64,000 nt of DNA from Minisyncoccota bacterium (GTDB taxonomy: Bacteria; Patescibacteriota; Minisyncoccia; Phycocordibacterales; UBA918), in the NCBI GenBank assembly GCA_021734905.1, contig JAIPIB010000001.1:136821-200820 (forward strand). Direction: 5' to 3'. This document shows, one piece after another, positions 1-9,823 of this stretch. A program made the position numbers and the translations under genes. Positions within the stretch are counted from its first letter, which is position 1; each line of letters begins with the position of its first letter. The notes beneath the pieces are model-generated. The model saw only the letters and a list, made by a program, of their open reading frames with translations. It ran no database searches and was not told the DNA's origin.

Positions 1-291
1 AATGCAGAAATCTCATCACGTGTTGCGAAAGATTTGCTTTCTGAGGTGCTTTTTTCTCAAGTTGATCCAAAGAAATTGGCTTCCGAGAAGGGCCTTTTGC
101 AGGCAAGTTCAGACGATGATCTGTTGCCAATCGTTGCATTAGTCATTGAGCAAAACGAACAAGTTGTGTCTGAATATCGTGGAGGAAAGGAAAGTGCGCT
201 TCAATTCCTTGTGGGGCAAGGTATGAAAATATCTAAAGGTTCAGCAAACCCAACAGCACTCATTAAGCTTTTTAAAAGAGAAATTAACTAG
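1..291 (+). CDS. gatB: Asp/Glu-tRNA amidotransferase subunit B, C-terminal fragment (runs in from window edge)
   Basis: Open frame from base 1 (NAEISSRVAKDL...); C-terminal YqeY-like motif EYRGGKESALQFLVGQGMKISKGSANP. Confidence 0.9.
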   Translation, partial: NAEISSRVAKDLLSEVLFSQVDPKKLASEKGLLQASSDDDLLPIVALVIEQNEQVVSEYRGGKESALQFLVGQGMKISKGSANPTALIKLFKREIN

Positions 292-379
292 ACTTGTAGA
301 AATTTTAGCTCTCGCTTTGCCGATATACCCAGTATTGGTGCTGTGCAAGTACTGAACTAGGTGTATACTATATTGAATT

Positions 380-1291
380 ATGGAGACACTTGTTCTTGAT
401 GGGAAGAGCTATGTTAAAGCATCGAAAGCTGCGCGGGAACTTGGCTATGCAACCGACTACGTTGGTCAGTTATGTCGTTCAGGTAAGGTTCAAGCTCACT
501 TGATAGGACGTACATGGTATGTGAATCAGAAAGAGCTTAGTACCCACCGTGTTGAGAAGAAACGCATGTCACGGGTTAAGGCGAGAGAGCAAGCGCACAA
601 GTCGATAGAAGAGCACAGAAGAAAGAGATCAGATACTACAAATAACTATAGAAATATAGCTATTCAGTATGAAAGTGATGATGATGATCTCATGCCAATA
701 ACAAAAAAGTTGGTTGTAAAAACGGATGCTAGGCACTCAGAAAACTATAGCAGTGAAGCAGATGAGGGTGATGAAAAAGAGGTTGTAAACAAGGGAGAAA
801 AAGTGATTATGTCCGGCGATGTAACCGTTGTTGATGTTACCGACGGCCCTGTTGATGAAGAATCATTTGTTTTTGAGCTTGTTGAGGAGAAAAAGAAGCG
901 AGAAAAGAAGGTAAAAACTATTGTTCCTGTTGTTGTTGAGGTTGTCGCAGCGCCAAAAAGGAAGGATTTTGCTCAAAAATTGGAGGTGGAAGGGATTGAT
1001 CTTGATGATGAGGAAGGCCGAGATATCAATATAAATGAAGATATTGAGGAGGATGGGTCGCCTCTTTCATTTGAGTCTGAAAAGAAGCCCAGCACAGAAC
1101 AAATTGAGGGAAAGGGGTATCTTTTTCGATATGTTGCGGTATTGTTATTTATTTTGATCATTTCAACAATGAGCCTTGCTCTATCTTTAAAAATGACATA
1201 TTCCGCCGAGGATGACCATCAAACTATTTTTACATTTATATTTTCTCCAAATAGTGCCAGTACTCTTATCCAGAGTAAAATTTTAAACTAA
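380..1291 (+). CDS. Protein with N-terminal helix-turn-helix, acidic linker and C-terminal transmembrane helix
   Basis: ASKAARELGYATDYVGQLCRSGKV...IGRTWYV is an excisionase/MerR-like HTH; hydrophobic YVAVLLFILIISTMSLALSL near the C-terminus. Confidence 0.7.
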   Translation: METLVLDGKSYVKASKAARELGYATDYVGQLCRSGKVQAHLIGRTWYVNQKELSTHRVEKKRMSRVKAREQAHKSIEEHRRKRSDTTNNYRNIAIQYESDDDDLMPITKKLVVKTDARHSENYSSEADEGDEKEVVNKGEKVIMSGDVTVVDVTDGPVDEESFVFELVEEKKKREKKVKTIVPVVVEVVAAPKRKDFAQKLEVEGIDLDDEEGRDININEDIEEDGSPLSFESEKKPSTEQIEGKGYLFRYVAVLLFILIISTMSLALSLKMTYSAEDDHQTIFTFIFSPNSASTLIQSKILN

Positions 1292-1402
1292 AATCAAGTT
1301 TTCATTTAAAATTTTAATTTTTTACTATCCACAAAATACGCGATATATCCAGATATAAATTGAGTTGAGAAGGTATCATATAAGTAAATAGTTTTATTTA
1401 TT

Positions 1403-4400
1403 GTGGATACATTTTTGGCACATAATAAAGTTGAGGGTAATTCAATCAGGATTTTTTTTAATGCCAGTGTGGTTGGCCGCATATTTTTTTTGGTCTCTTT
1501 TTTCTTCCTCTTCAGCTACTCAGTTTCTTTTGCCTCTGGTGAGGTTGCGACGAGTTCCCTAATGTTCGATAGTACTCAGAGTCAGTATCTTACAAGAACA
1601 GCCGTAACACCTACAGATAATAAAAAGTGGACATATAGTACTTGGGTTAAGCGTGGACAGATAGGTACAGGTGTCCATAATTCTATACTTGGAGCATACA
1701 CAGATGGAAACAACTATGCGAGCATATATTTTGGTTCAGGTGATATGTTGGTTTTTAAACAGGTGTCCGGGGGAGTAAATGCACCGGAAGTAGATTTCAC
1801 ACCTTTGTTTCGAGACCCATCAGCTTGGTACCATGTAGTAGTTGTATATGATTCAGCCAACACGATACAGAGTCATAGGGTAAGAGCTTACGTTAATAAT
1901 GTTGAGTTGATAGAACAAACATTGTATGGGTCAGAGTCACAAAATCAGGCAAGTTTAATCAACTCTGCAATTGCACACACTGTCGGAAGATATGCAGGCG
2001 GTTCTAATTATCATGACGGCTACCTCTCAGACGCATACTTCGTAGACGGACAAGCGCTCAATCCAACTTCTTTTGGTCAAGCAGATTCAAACACCGGTAA
2101 CTGGATACCAAAATCATATGCAGGGACATACGGTACAAACGGCTTCCATATGAAGTTTAGTAGTTCGACCGCTCTCGGAGCGGACTCATCTGGTAATGGA
2201 AATAATTGGACCACCAATGGTGGAATGTCTTCCACTACTAATCAAGTTATTGATACTCCGCTTAATAACTTTGCGACGCTTAATCCAATCGATATGTATC
2301 AATCAGCCGCGATAACAACTTTCAAAGATGGAAATTTGAGAGCTGATGCAAATAATATAGCCCAAGTATCCTATGTTAGAAGTTCAATGGCCATGAAAGG
2401 CCCAACTTATTTTGAATGGACATTAAATTCTTGGTCTAACTCCAGCTACCCTCACGTCGGAATACGCAGTATAAACGAGCCGATGGCATCACCACCAAGT
2501 GATGGTATTAGATATAGTCAAGATGGAACTATAAATAATGGTGGAGGTAATTACACACTAAATGGAGCATCGTTATACACCGCACTATCTACAAATGATA
2601 AAGGGATGATTGCGTTTGACCCAGCGTCTGGAAAGATTTGGATGGGAAGAAATGGTATATGGTTTAATAGTGGCGACCCAGCAAATGGAACTGGTTATGT
2701 TGCTACCTTCCCAGCTAATGGAGAATATACACCATATATACAACTATCAACTGATTCTACAACATTTAATTTCGGCCAACGCCCGTTCACTTACACCCCA
2801 CCAACCGGCTTCAAATCTCTCTCTACTGCAAACTTGCCCACCCCAACTATCCTCAAACCTAATCAGCATTTTGATATAGTAAAGTATTATGCAGAAACAT
2901 CTAACGGAACATATAGTACTGGCACCTTAGCATTCAAACCAGACTTTACTTGGATTAAAAATAGAGATAATGTTGAGAGTCACTATCTAATAGATATAGT
3001 TCGTGGTAATACCAACATGACAAATAAGTTTCTTTCATCTAACAGCACAGGAGCAGAGGGGGCAGGTGGTGTTTCAGGAACGACTTTCAGTGTTACTCCA
3101 ACGGGGTATGAATTTACAGAAAGTAGTATAGGTGCAGGTGAGCTATATTATTCAGGAAGATCTTATGTTGGTTGGAACTGGAAAGCAGGCAACGCAACCA
3201 CCACCAACACAGACGGAACAATTACAAGTACAGTATCTACAAATCCAACAGCTGGGTTCTCGATTGTCTCGTATACAGGGACAGGTGCAAATGCAACAGT
3301 AGGGCATGGATTAGGTTCATCGCCAACTATGATAATACTAAAAAATAGAACTGATGCTTCTACACCGTGGGCAGTTTGGCACTCTGGAATATCAAATACA
3401 GAATATTTATATTTAAATTCTACAAATGCAAAGGCAACAGGTGTAAACTTATGGAATAGTACATCATCTACTCCTACGACATTTAGTGTTGGTAGTTCTC
3501 AAGATACTAATTATAATACAAAAGAATTTATTGCTTATGCCTTCTCTGAGGTCCCTGGTTACTCCAAGTTCGGCACATACACCGGTAATGGAAGCACTGA
3601 TGGTCCGTTTTTGTATACAGGATTTAAACCACGATACATTATGATTAAACGTACTGACGCTGCGGGATATAGTTGGGATACATATGACACATCGCGCTCT
3701 ACATACAATCCTTTAGATCTTCGTGTTTATGCTGATTCGTCTAGCGTAGAAGTTTCTGCGGGGGGAGGTATTGATTCTGTATCGAATGGTTTTAAGATTA
3801 GGACTGCTGGTAATTATGACATTAATTATTCTGGAGGTACCTATATCTACGCCGCCTTTGCTGAGACTACGATGCTACCTACCGCGGAAGACACCTTTCC
3901 ATCGGTGAGTACTCCAATTGTTGTATCTGTACTTGATACTTCGGCAACCTTTGGAGCCACCTTAGACTCAGCAGGTGACAGTCCTGTCACTGCACGTGGA
4001 ATATGTTATGGAACATCACCAGCTCCAACAAACTGTGTTGCTGATAGTGCTACAACAACAGGAGCATACACCAAGTCGATCGCTGGACTTTCGACATCTA
4101 CCACCTATTACTTCAGAGGATACGCAACCAATGCTCGTGGCACATCATATTCAAGTGACGGCTCAACGATGACACTTGCATCGGTCATTACTTTAGCACC
4201 TCACACCCTAAACCAAGTCACCAACACCTTCACTTCCACAAACAAAACAAACACCGAACTCTTCGCATTCAACCTCTCATCAGGTGATGCTGATGTAACC
4301 GGTATAGCTTTCGATCTTCAAGGAATACAGGGGGTAGAAACAGGAGACCTCACTAACTTCGCCCTCTATGAAGACACAAACAATGACAAAACACACGATG

Positions 4401-5377
4401 GTGGAGATATAGCTGTTGGAGGTAGTGGTACTCCCGTAATCAATGGACAGACAGGTACCATTACGTTTGGTACAACATTTAATGTGAGTACTGACACAGA
4501 CTACATCCTTGTGGGAGACATTTCCGATATTAAAGTACAAGACAGTATGACCGTTTCACTTATTGCAACTGACATCACGTCAACAGCAAGTGTTGTTGCA
4601 ACCACATCACCAACAAACATCCAACATATACGTCTTGGTAAGGCGAGTGAGGGAGGAGGTGGAGGAGGTGGTTTTTCAAAACAAATTATTGGCACTGAGG
4701 CACCAGCTGGAGATGGGATACAGTCTGATGGAAGTGAAAATGGAAACGGAGGGTCATCCATCGACCCCAACACCGGCTCCACCATCGGTAACGAACCCGG
4801 TTTCAACGCACCAAGTAACACTGGCACCCCCTATAGCGCATGGACAGCAGGAGCAAACGCATACAGCTCAGACGGTGTATACACCACAACCTCAGCAAGT
4901 AACCAACAATCATATGGAAACTTCAACTTCACAGTCCCTTCAAACAATCAAATCACTGGTATAGCAGTAAAACTCGAAGCCTCAGGCAGTACCGCTGCAG
5001 GCAACATATCAGTCAAACTCTCATGGGATGGAGGCAGTAGTGTCACTGCACTAAAAACTACAGGAACCATGGGACTCACTGACGCAATATATGCGCTCGG
5101 TGGCCCTTCAGATACCTGGGGTCACTCATGGACACCAGCAGAACTCAACAACGGGCTCTTCACCATTGAACTCATTGCAAACCCGAGTGGAAACACCATT
5201 CAGCTTGATGCGGTGCAGGTTAAGGTATTCTACCAAGCAACAGGTGGGGGTAGAGGTGGTGGGGGAATGATATACAACGACCTTGAACCAAAGAACTTCT
5301 TTGCGAATGTGTATTCTGCAGTTGGATGTATGTTTGGCGCCTTTATTGATAGGATGTTTTGGTGGTTGTGGGAGTAA
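1403..5377 (+). CDS. Large secreted/surface protein: LamG + SPRY-like phage-virion module, FN3-like domain and further beta-rich domains
   Basis: 1324-aa ORF; signal-like FFLVSFFFLFSYSVSFA; motifs FRDPSAWYHVVV, NFGQRPFTYTPPTGF, TYIYAAFAE; FN3-like GLSTSTTYYFRGYATN. Confidence 0.75.
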   Translation: MDTFLAHNKVEGNSIRIFFNASVVGRIFFLVSFFFLFSYSVSFASGEVATSSLMFDSTQSQYLTRTAVTPTDNKKWTYSTWVKRGQIGTGVHNSILGAYTDGNNYASIYFGSGDMLVFKQVSGGVNAPEVDFTPLFRDPSAWYHVVVVYDSANTIQSHRVRAYVNNVELIEQTLYGSESQNQASLINSAIAHTVGRYAGGSNYHDGYLSDAYFVDGQALNPTSFGQADSNTGNWIPKSYAGTYGTNGFHMKFSSSTALGADSSGNGNNWTTNGGMSSTTNQVIDTPLNNFATLNPIDMYQSAAITTFKDGNLRADANNIAQVSYVRSSMAMKGPTYFEWTLNSWSNSSYPHVGIRSINEPMASPPSDGIRYSQDGTINNGGGNYTLNGASLYTALSTNDKGMIAFDPASGKIWMGRNGIWFNSGDPANGTGYVATFPANGEYTPYIQLSTDSTTFNFGQRPFTYTPPTGFKSLSTANLPTPTILKPNQHFDIVKYYAETSNGTYSTGTLAFKPDFTWIKNRDNVESHYLIDIVRGNTNMTNKFLSSNSTGAEGAGGVSGTTFSVTPTGYEFTESSIGAGELYYSGRSYVGWNWKAGNATTTNTDGTITSTVSTNPTAGFSIVSYTGTGANATVGHGLGSSPTMIILKNRTDASTPWAVWHSGISNTEYLYLNSTNAKATGVNLWNSTSSTPTTFSVGSSQDTNYNTKEFIAYAFSEVPGYSKFGTYTGNGSTDGPFLYTGFKPRYIMIKRTDAAGYSWDTYDTSRSTYNPLDLRVYADSSSVEVSAGGGIDSVSNGFKIRTAGNYDINYSGGTYIYAAFAETTMLPTAEDTFPSVSTPIVVSVLDTSATFGATLDSAGDSPVTARGICYGTSPAPTNCVADSATTTGAYTKSIAGLSTSTTYYFRGYATNARGTSYSSDGSTMTLASVITLAPHTLNQVTNTFTSTNKTNTELFAFNLSSGDADVTGIAFDLQGIQGVETGDLTNFALYEDTNNDKTHDGGDIAVGGSGTPVINGQTGTITFGTTFNVSTDTDYILVGDISDIKVQDSMTVSLIATDITSTASVVATTSPTNIQHIRLGKASEGGGGGGGFSKQIIGTEAPAGDGIQSDGSENGNGGSSIDPNTGSTIGNEPGFNAPSNTGTPYSAWTAGANAYSSDGVYTTTSASNQQSYGNFNFTVPSNNQITGIAVKLEASGSTAAGNISVKLSWDGGSSVTALKTTGTMGLTDAIYALGGPSDTWGHSWTPAELNNGLFTIELIANPSGNTIQLDAVQVKVFYQATGGGRGGGGMIYNDLEPKNFFANVYSAVGCMFGAFIDRMFWWLWE

Positions 5378-5555
5378 AATTGACGTTATTTTAACCTTTT
5401 TAGGTAAAAACCAGATTATGTACTGCTGCTCGTGCAATAAAGTTATACACAAATATAAGTGTAGAATTTAGGCACAAAGTTAGTATTGTGCGTTAGAATA
5501 AAAGTAACCAAAGCTCTTGGTGGTAAACAATAATTAAACAATTAATGAACATTTT

Positions 5556-6251
5556 ATGAATCACTCACATTTATTATACTCAGCACGAAACGCGTTTGTT
5601 GCGGCTGTACTCATCCTTTCTCTGGGAGTGATTTCATTCTTCGCTTTTGAACCATCAATTGGACGTGCAGTAACAAGCGGTCCGTTTTCTGTTACTCAAG
5701 AAATCACCAATGAGATCTCTTTTCTCGTGAATGCTACAAATGTGACAATGGCAGGTACCATCGCGGGTATTACGGGAGGTTACGCGACTGGTACAACAGT
5801 GGCTGTTGTACGAACGAACAACGCAACTGGTTACAACATGACTCTTGGCTTCAGTAGCACAACAGCAATGAAGCTCAATAATGCGAGTTCGACAATCAGC
5901 AACTACACACCAGCAGTCGGTGGTGTACCTGATTATGGTTGGGTTGATAATTCATCGGGACAGGCAGCTGAATTTGGGTATACGGTACGAGCATCGACCA
6001 CGTCTGAGGTAGACCCGTCGTTCATGAGTAATGGTTCGACACTTTGTAATACGGGCACCACTGAGTCTGACAACAAGTGTTGGCTTAATCCAAATAATAC
6101 ACCAGAGACAATCATCAATACTTCTGGATCTGTCGCTGGATCAACGACGACCATAAAGTTCAAAGTGGCCGTACCTAATGCGCCGTCACCAGCTCTTCCT
6201 TCAGGATTCTATGTTGCAACCGGAACCTTGACCGCAGTCACCAATCCGTAG
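5556..6251 (+). CDS. Secreted beta-rich protein, WxL/Csu-like subunit
   Basis: Signal peptide; Cys pair; C-terminal SGFYVATGTLTA strand; paralogous to 7346..8110. Confidence 0.55.
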   Translation: MNHSHLLYSARNAFVAAVLILSLGVISFFAFEPSIGRAVTSGPFSVTQEITNEISFLVNATNVTMAGTIAGITGGYATGTTVAVVRTNNATGYNMTLGFSSTTAMKLNNASSTISNYTPAVGGVPDYGWVDNSSGQAAEFGYTVRASTTSEVDPSFMSNGSTLCNTGTTESDNKCWLNPNNTPETIINTSGSVAGSTTTIKFKVAVPNAPSPALPSGFYVATGTLTAVTNP

Positions 6252-6268
6252 TAAATTTGGGTTTAATT

Positions 6269-7342
6269 ATGTTTACACCTGTGCATCGTACATATGTCTT
6301 TATTACTGTATTGTGTGCACTTCTCTTTACGAGTATATTACCTCACGTAGTACGTGCTCAAGAGGAATCTTTAGACGTTGAGGTACAGTCCATTCAAGAA
6401 AAAATTGACTTTCTTGACTCAAGTGAAGTCGTTTCATTTTTGAATTTATACCCTACAGAGGGTGTCCCTGGAGGTGGAGATATTCTTGGGGATTTTGTTG
6501 TAGGTCCTGGTAAGGTTGATCTAACACTTTCCCCCGGGGAGACGAAAATTGTTGAGATGACGGTCACGAACAGAACAGGTGAACGTCGTCGTTTTAACAT
6601 TACGACTGAGGACGCAGAGGGTTCTCTTGATACAAACACATCGATTGTTCTTCTGGGTGATGACCGAGGGCCATATTCTATGAAGGATTATGTTTCAGTG
6701 TCACATAAAGTATTTGACCTTGAACATAACCAACGTGCACGTATTCCTGTTACCATATCACTCCCTCTCGATGCAGAGCCTGGAGGATTGTATGGGAGTG
6801 TTCTTGTTAATACGATTGCTATTGAGGCTAAACAAGGTGATTCAGGTGGTGCTGTACCACAGTCTGCTATTATTGCGAGAATTGGTACACTCTTTTTTAT
6901 CACGATACCGGGTGCAGCAGAAAAAGAAGGTGGTTTGAAAGATTTTACAACAATAACTAAAAAGATATTTTATCAAAGTAGTCCAATTACGTTTGGTATT
7001 CTCTATGAAAACAATGGCGTGATACACCTTGCACCGTACGGTGAATTGCGAATCAAAAATATGTTTGATGAGGAGGTCGGGTATGTTCAGCTTGATCCAT
7101 GGTTTGTTTTGCCACAGTCGTTACGGCTCCGTGAAGTGTCTTGGGATAGAGACTTTCTCTTTGGCAGATATACTGCGACTGCGTCTATTAATCGTAGCTA
7201 TGATGATGTTGTTGATGAGTTGAGTTATTCATTTTGGATACTGCCATGGAAACCACTAGCACTTACATTTATAGTTCTCTTCATAGTCTTTTTCTCGATA
7301 AAAACATTTTTCAAGCGATTTGAATTTAAACGTAAAACATAA
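6269..7342 (+). CDS. DUF916/WxL-interacting-like surface protein with C-terminal transmembrane anchor
   Basis: Ig-like motifs LSPGETKIVEMTVTN, PLDAEPGGLYGSV, ENNGVIHLAPYG, LFGRYTA; TM helix plus basic tail; ATG 6269 preferred over TTG 6257. Confidence 0.6.
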   Translation: MFTPVHRTYVFITVLCALLFTSILPHVVRAQEESLDVEVQSIQEKIDFLDSSEVVSFLNLYPTEGVPGGGDILGDFVVGPGKVDLTLSPGETKIVEMTVTNRTGERRRFNITTEDAEGSLDTNTSIVLLGDDRGPYSMKDYVSVSHKVFDLEHNQRARIPVTISLPLDAEPGGLYGSVLVNTIAIEAKQGDSGGAVPQSAIIARIGTLFFITIPGAAEKEGGLKDFTTITKKIFYQSSPITFGILYENNGVIHLAPYGELRIKNMFDEEVGYVQLDPWFVLPQSLRLREVSWDRDFLFGRYTATASINRSYDDVVDELSYSFWILPWKPLALTFIVLFIVFFSIKTFFKRFEFKRKT

Positions 7343-7345
7343 ACT

Positions 7346-8110
7346 ATGTGCATTCGTGAAATAATAATCACAGGAGCTGTAGCGGTGATTTTTACGCCAA
7401 TCGCTATGTCTATTTTTGGGATTGCTGGAGCTCAAGTTATGCAAAGTAGCGGATATCGTATTCAGAGTGACAGCATTAATTTTGGCGGAGGATTATCAAC
7501 ATCGACAAATTATGCATTAGAAGCGACAGCAGGAGAGGTTGCATCAGGGGACGGCGCAAGCGCGAGTTTTAATATAAGGGCTGGATATCAGCAGATGGTC
7601 AATTCGTTCATCTCCATATCTGCAGCATCTTCGGTAACGATGACTCCGTCGATTCCGGGTGTTTCAGGTGGTATAGCGAATGGCTCAACATCAGTGACGA
7701 TCATCACTGATAGTGCTGCTGGATATCAACTTACAATTGCAGCATCACAAAGTCCAGCATTAACTAATCTTGGTAATTCAATAGCAGATTATGTTCCTAG
7801 CGGGAATCCAGATTTCTCTTTTATTACGGGAGCAAGTGATTCTCATTTTGGGTATTCTCCATCAGGTGTCGATATCGTTGATCGATTCAAGGATAATGGG
7901 GCTGTGTGCGGTGGGGGAGGAGGTGAGGTCGCTCTTGCATGCTGGGACGGTCTAAGTACGGATGACGTTCCTATTGCACGGTCATCATCTGCCAATACAC
8001 CAAATGGTGCAACGACAACGGTATATTTTAGGGTTGGTGTAGGGGGCTCCGTTGTGCAGACCGGCGGGACATATACTGCCACGACAACACTTACTGCAGT
8101 ATCATTATGA
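7346..8110 (+). CDS. Secreted beta-rich protein, WxL/Csu-like subunit paralog
   Basis: Signal peptide; MQSSGYRIQSDSINFGG N-terminal domain; C-terminal GGTYTATTTLTA; shares GY-L, YxP, FGY and CW motifs with 5556..6251. Confidence 0.55.
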   Translation: MCIREIIITGAVAVIFTPIAMSIFGIAGAQVMQSSGYRIQSDSINFGGGLSTSTNYALEATAGEVASGDGASASFNIRAGYQQMVNSFISISAASSVTMTPSIPGVSGGIANGSTSVTIITDSAAGYQLTIAASQSPALTNLGNSIADYVPSGNPDFSFITGASDSHFGYSPSGVDIVDRFKDNGAVCGGGGGEVALACWDGLSTDDVPIARSSSANTPNGATTTVYFRVGVGGSVVQTGGTYTATTTLTAVSL

Positions 8111-9675
8111 CCGATATAATACGTAAAACATCTGTATATCTATTTTTATCTATCTTCATATTTTTTAGTTTTATATTTCCTACACACCATGTTGATGCAG
8201 TAACAGATGACTTCACTGTCCGCACCCTTGTCGGGGGCGATACGACACCACCTTCTGTTCCGAGTGCATTAGTCGCTACTCCGGTTGCTGTGTCGCAGAT
8301 TGATCTTGTATGGGCTAGTTCTACTGATGACTATATATTGTCTGGATATAACGTATGGAGAGGCGACTCTATTATTGCAACAACAACTCTGACAACATAT
8401 TCAGACGTTGGGCTCACTGCGAGCACGACGTATAGCTATTATGTAACCGCGTTTGACTCGTCTGGTAATGTGTCAGCCTCCTCAACCATTGTCAGTGCAA
8501 CAACTCTAAGTCCTGCACCAGCAGCTGCTGTGTCAGGTCAAACGTATGGCAGTTACGTAAGGCAACTTGGTGACGAAATTATTTCGCTCGAAATATTTCC
8601 GCAACGAAATTCTGTGAATTTTAAGTACGAGACAAGAGGAAACATTCGAACAGCTATTCGATGGGGAAGGACAGATTCCTATGAACTTGGGTCTCTTGTT
8701 GAAAGCACTTTTAAGAAAGGACATGACACAGAAATCACTGGACTCATTCCAAATACAAAATACACATTTCAGATTGAAGGTGAAAATGGGTTTGGAAATT
8801 ATGGATTGATACATAATGGAACATTTCAGACACTTCCTCCTGAAGATATTTTTCCTCCAGGAAACGTGACGAATCTTAGACTACGAAAAGAAGATGGAGG
8901 AAATACACTGTCGTGGATAAACCCGAAAGACCCAGATCTTGTAAAAATTCGCGTCGTCAGGAGTGATCGGTTCTATCCGAGTGACATCGCGGATGGGTGG
9001 GTTATTTATGAGGGTCTCGGTACAGAGGTGTATGACGCTGGCGTCGCAAGCAGCTCGAGGCAATATTATTCTGTTTTTACTTATGATGAACTCGGTAATG
9101 TCTCTTCTGGAGCAGTCATTGCGACGCCAAGAATAGAAAAAGACGAAGAAACTAAGAATGAAATTGATCCTACAATAAATCTTATATCGTTACGATTTGA
9201 TGGTATGGTATTTACTCAAGAAGGGAGCTTACTTCCTATTAAAGATGGAAGCGTTAGAATTGACGGCTCGAAACTTCTTACTATATCTATACCGTATGAG
9301 CAGGTTCCGGAACATCTAAAGACAATACTGGTAACGGTGATTGACAGTAGAGACCATGGTCGCGAGTTCTCTTTTTTGCTTCGCGTCAATGCAGATAAAA
9401 CTATGTATAGCGGCACACTTTCGCCATTTGGAACGACGGGTGATTTTCCTTTACGAGTGACAATTTTTGATTTTAAGACAGAGCAGATCGGATACACCGA
9501 CGGTGTCATTGCTTCCTATGTAAGCCCAATACACTCTGGATTAAGCTCAGAGGGGTTTTTTAGCTCGATAGTTCGATTTATATCATCTGGAGATGGTATG
9601 TACTCGATATGGTTTATTGTCCTCCTCATCCTTCTTCTTTATTTTGGGCGACGACTTGTACGAACACAGTGGTGA
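8107..9675 (+). CDS. Fibronectin type III domain surface protein with C-terminal TM helix
   Basis: DTTPPSVPSALVA...LTASTTYSYYVTAFDSSGN is FN3; further FN3 repeats; WFIVLLILLLYFGRR anchor; ATGA overlap with the upstream gene. Confidence 0.8.
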   Translation: MTDIIRKTSVYLFLSIFIFFSFIFPTHHVDAVTDDFTVRTLVGGDTTPPSVPSALVATPVAVSQIDLVWASSTDDYILSGYNVWRGDSIIATTTLTTYSDVGLTASTTYSYYVTAFDSSGNVSASSTIVSATTLSPAPAAAVSGQTYGSYVRQLGDEIISLEIFPQRNSVNFKYETRGNIRTAIRWGRTDSYELGSLVESTFKKGHDTEITGLIPNTKYTFQIEGENGFGNYGLIHNGTFQTLPPEDIFPPGNVTNLRLRKEDGGNTLSWINPKDPDLVKIRVVRSDRFYPSDIADGWVIYEGLGTEVYDAGVASSSRQYYSVFTYDELGNVSSGAVIATPRIEKDEETKNEIDPTINLISLRFDGMVFTQEGSLLPIKDGSVRIDGSKLLTISIPYEQVPEHLKTILVTVIDSRDHGREFSFLLRVNADKTMYSGTLSPFGTTGDFPLRVTIFDFKTEQIGYTDGVIASYVSPIHSGLSSEGFFSSIVRFISSGDGMYSIWFIVLLILLLYFGRRLVRTQW

Positions 9676-9823
9676 AAATATATCTGTGATTGATAAATAA
9701 TATTGTACAAAATAATAGACATTAGGGAGTATGTAATTGTTTTTAACATTCCCGAGAAGAATAGGTCTACACATGGGATATACTAGGTAGAGAAGCTATA
9801 AGTAACATCATTCAACAAACATT

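Noticed and set aside
1403-9675. Prophage
   Set aside because: Only one phage-like domain, inside a signal-peptide protein; no terminase, capsid, portal or integrase
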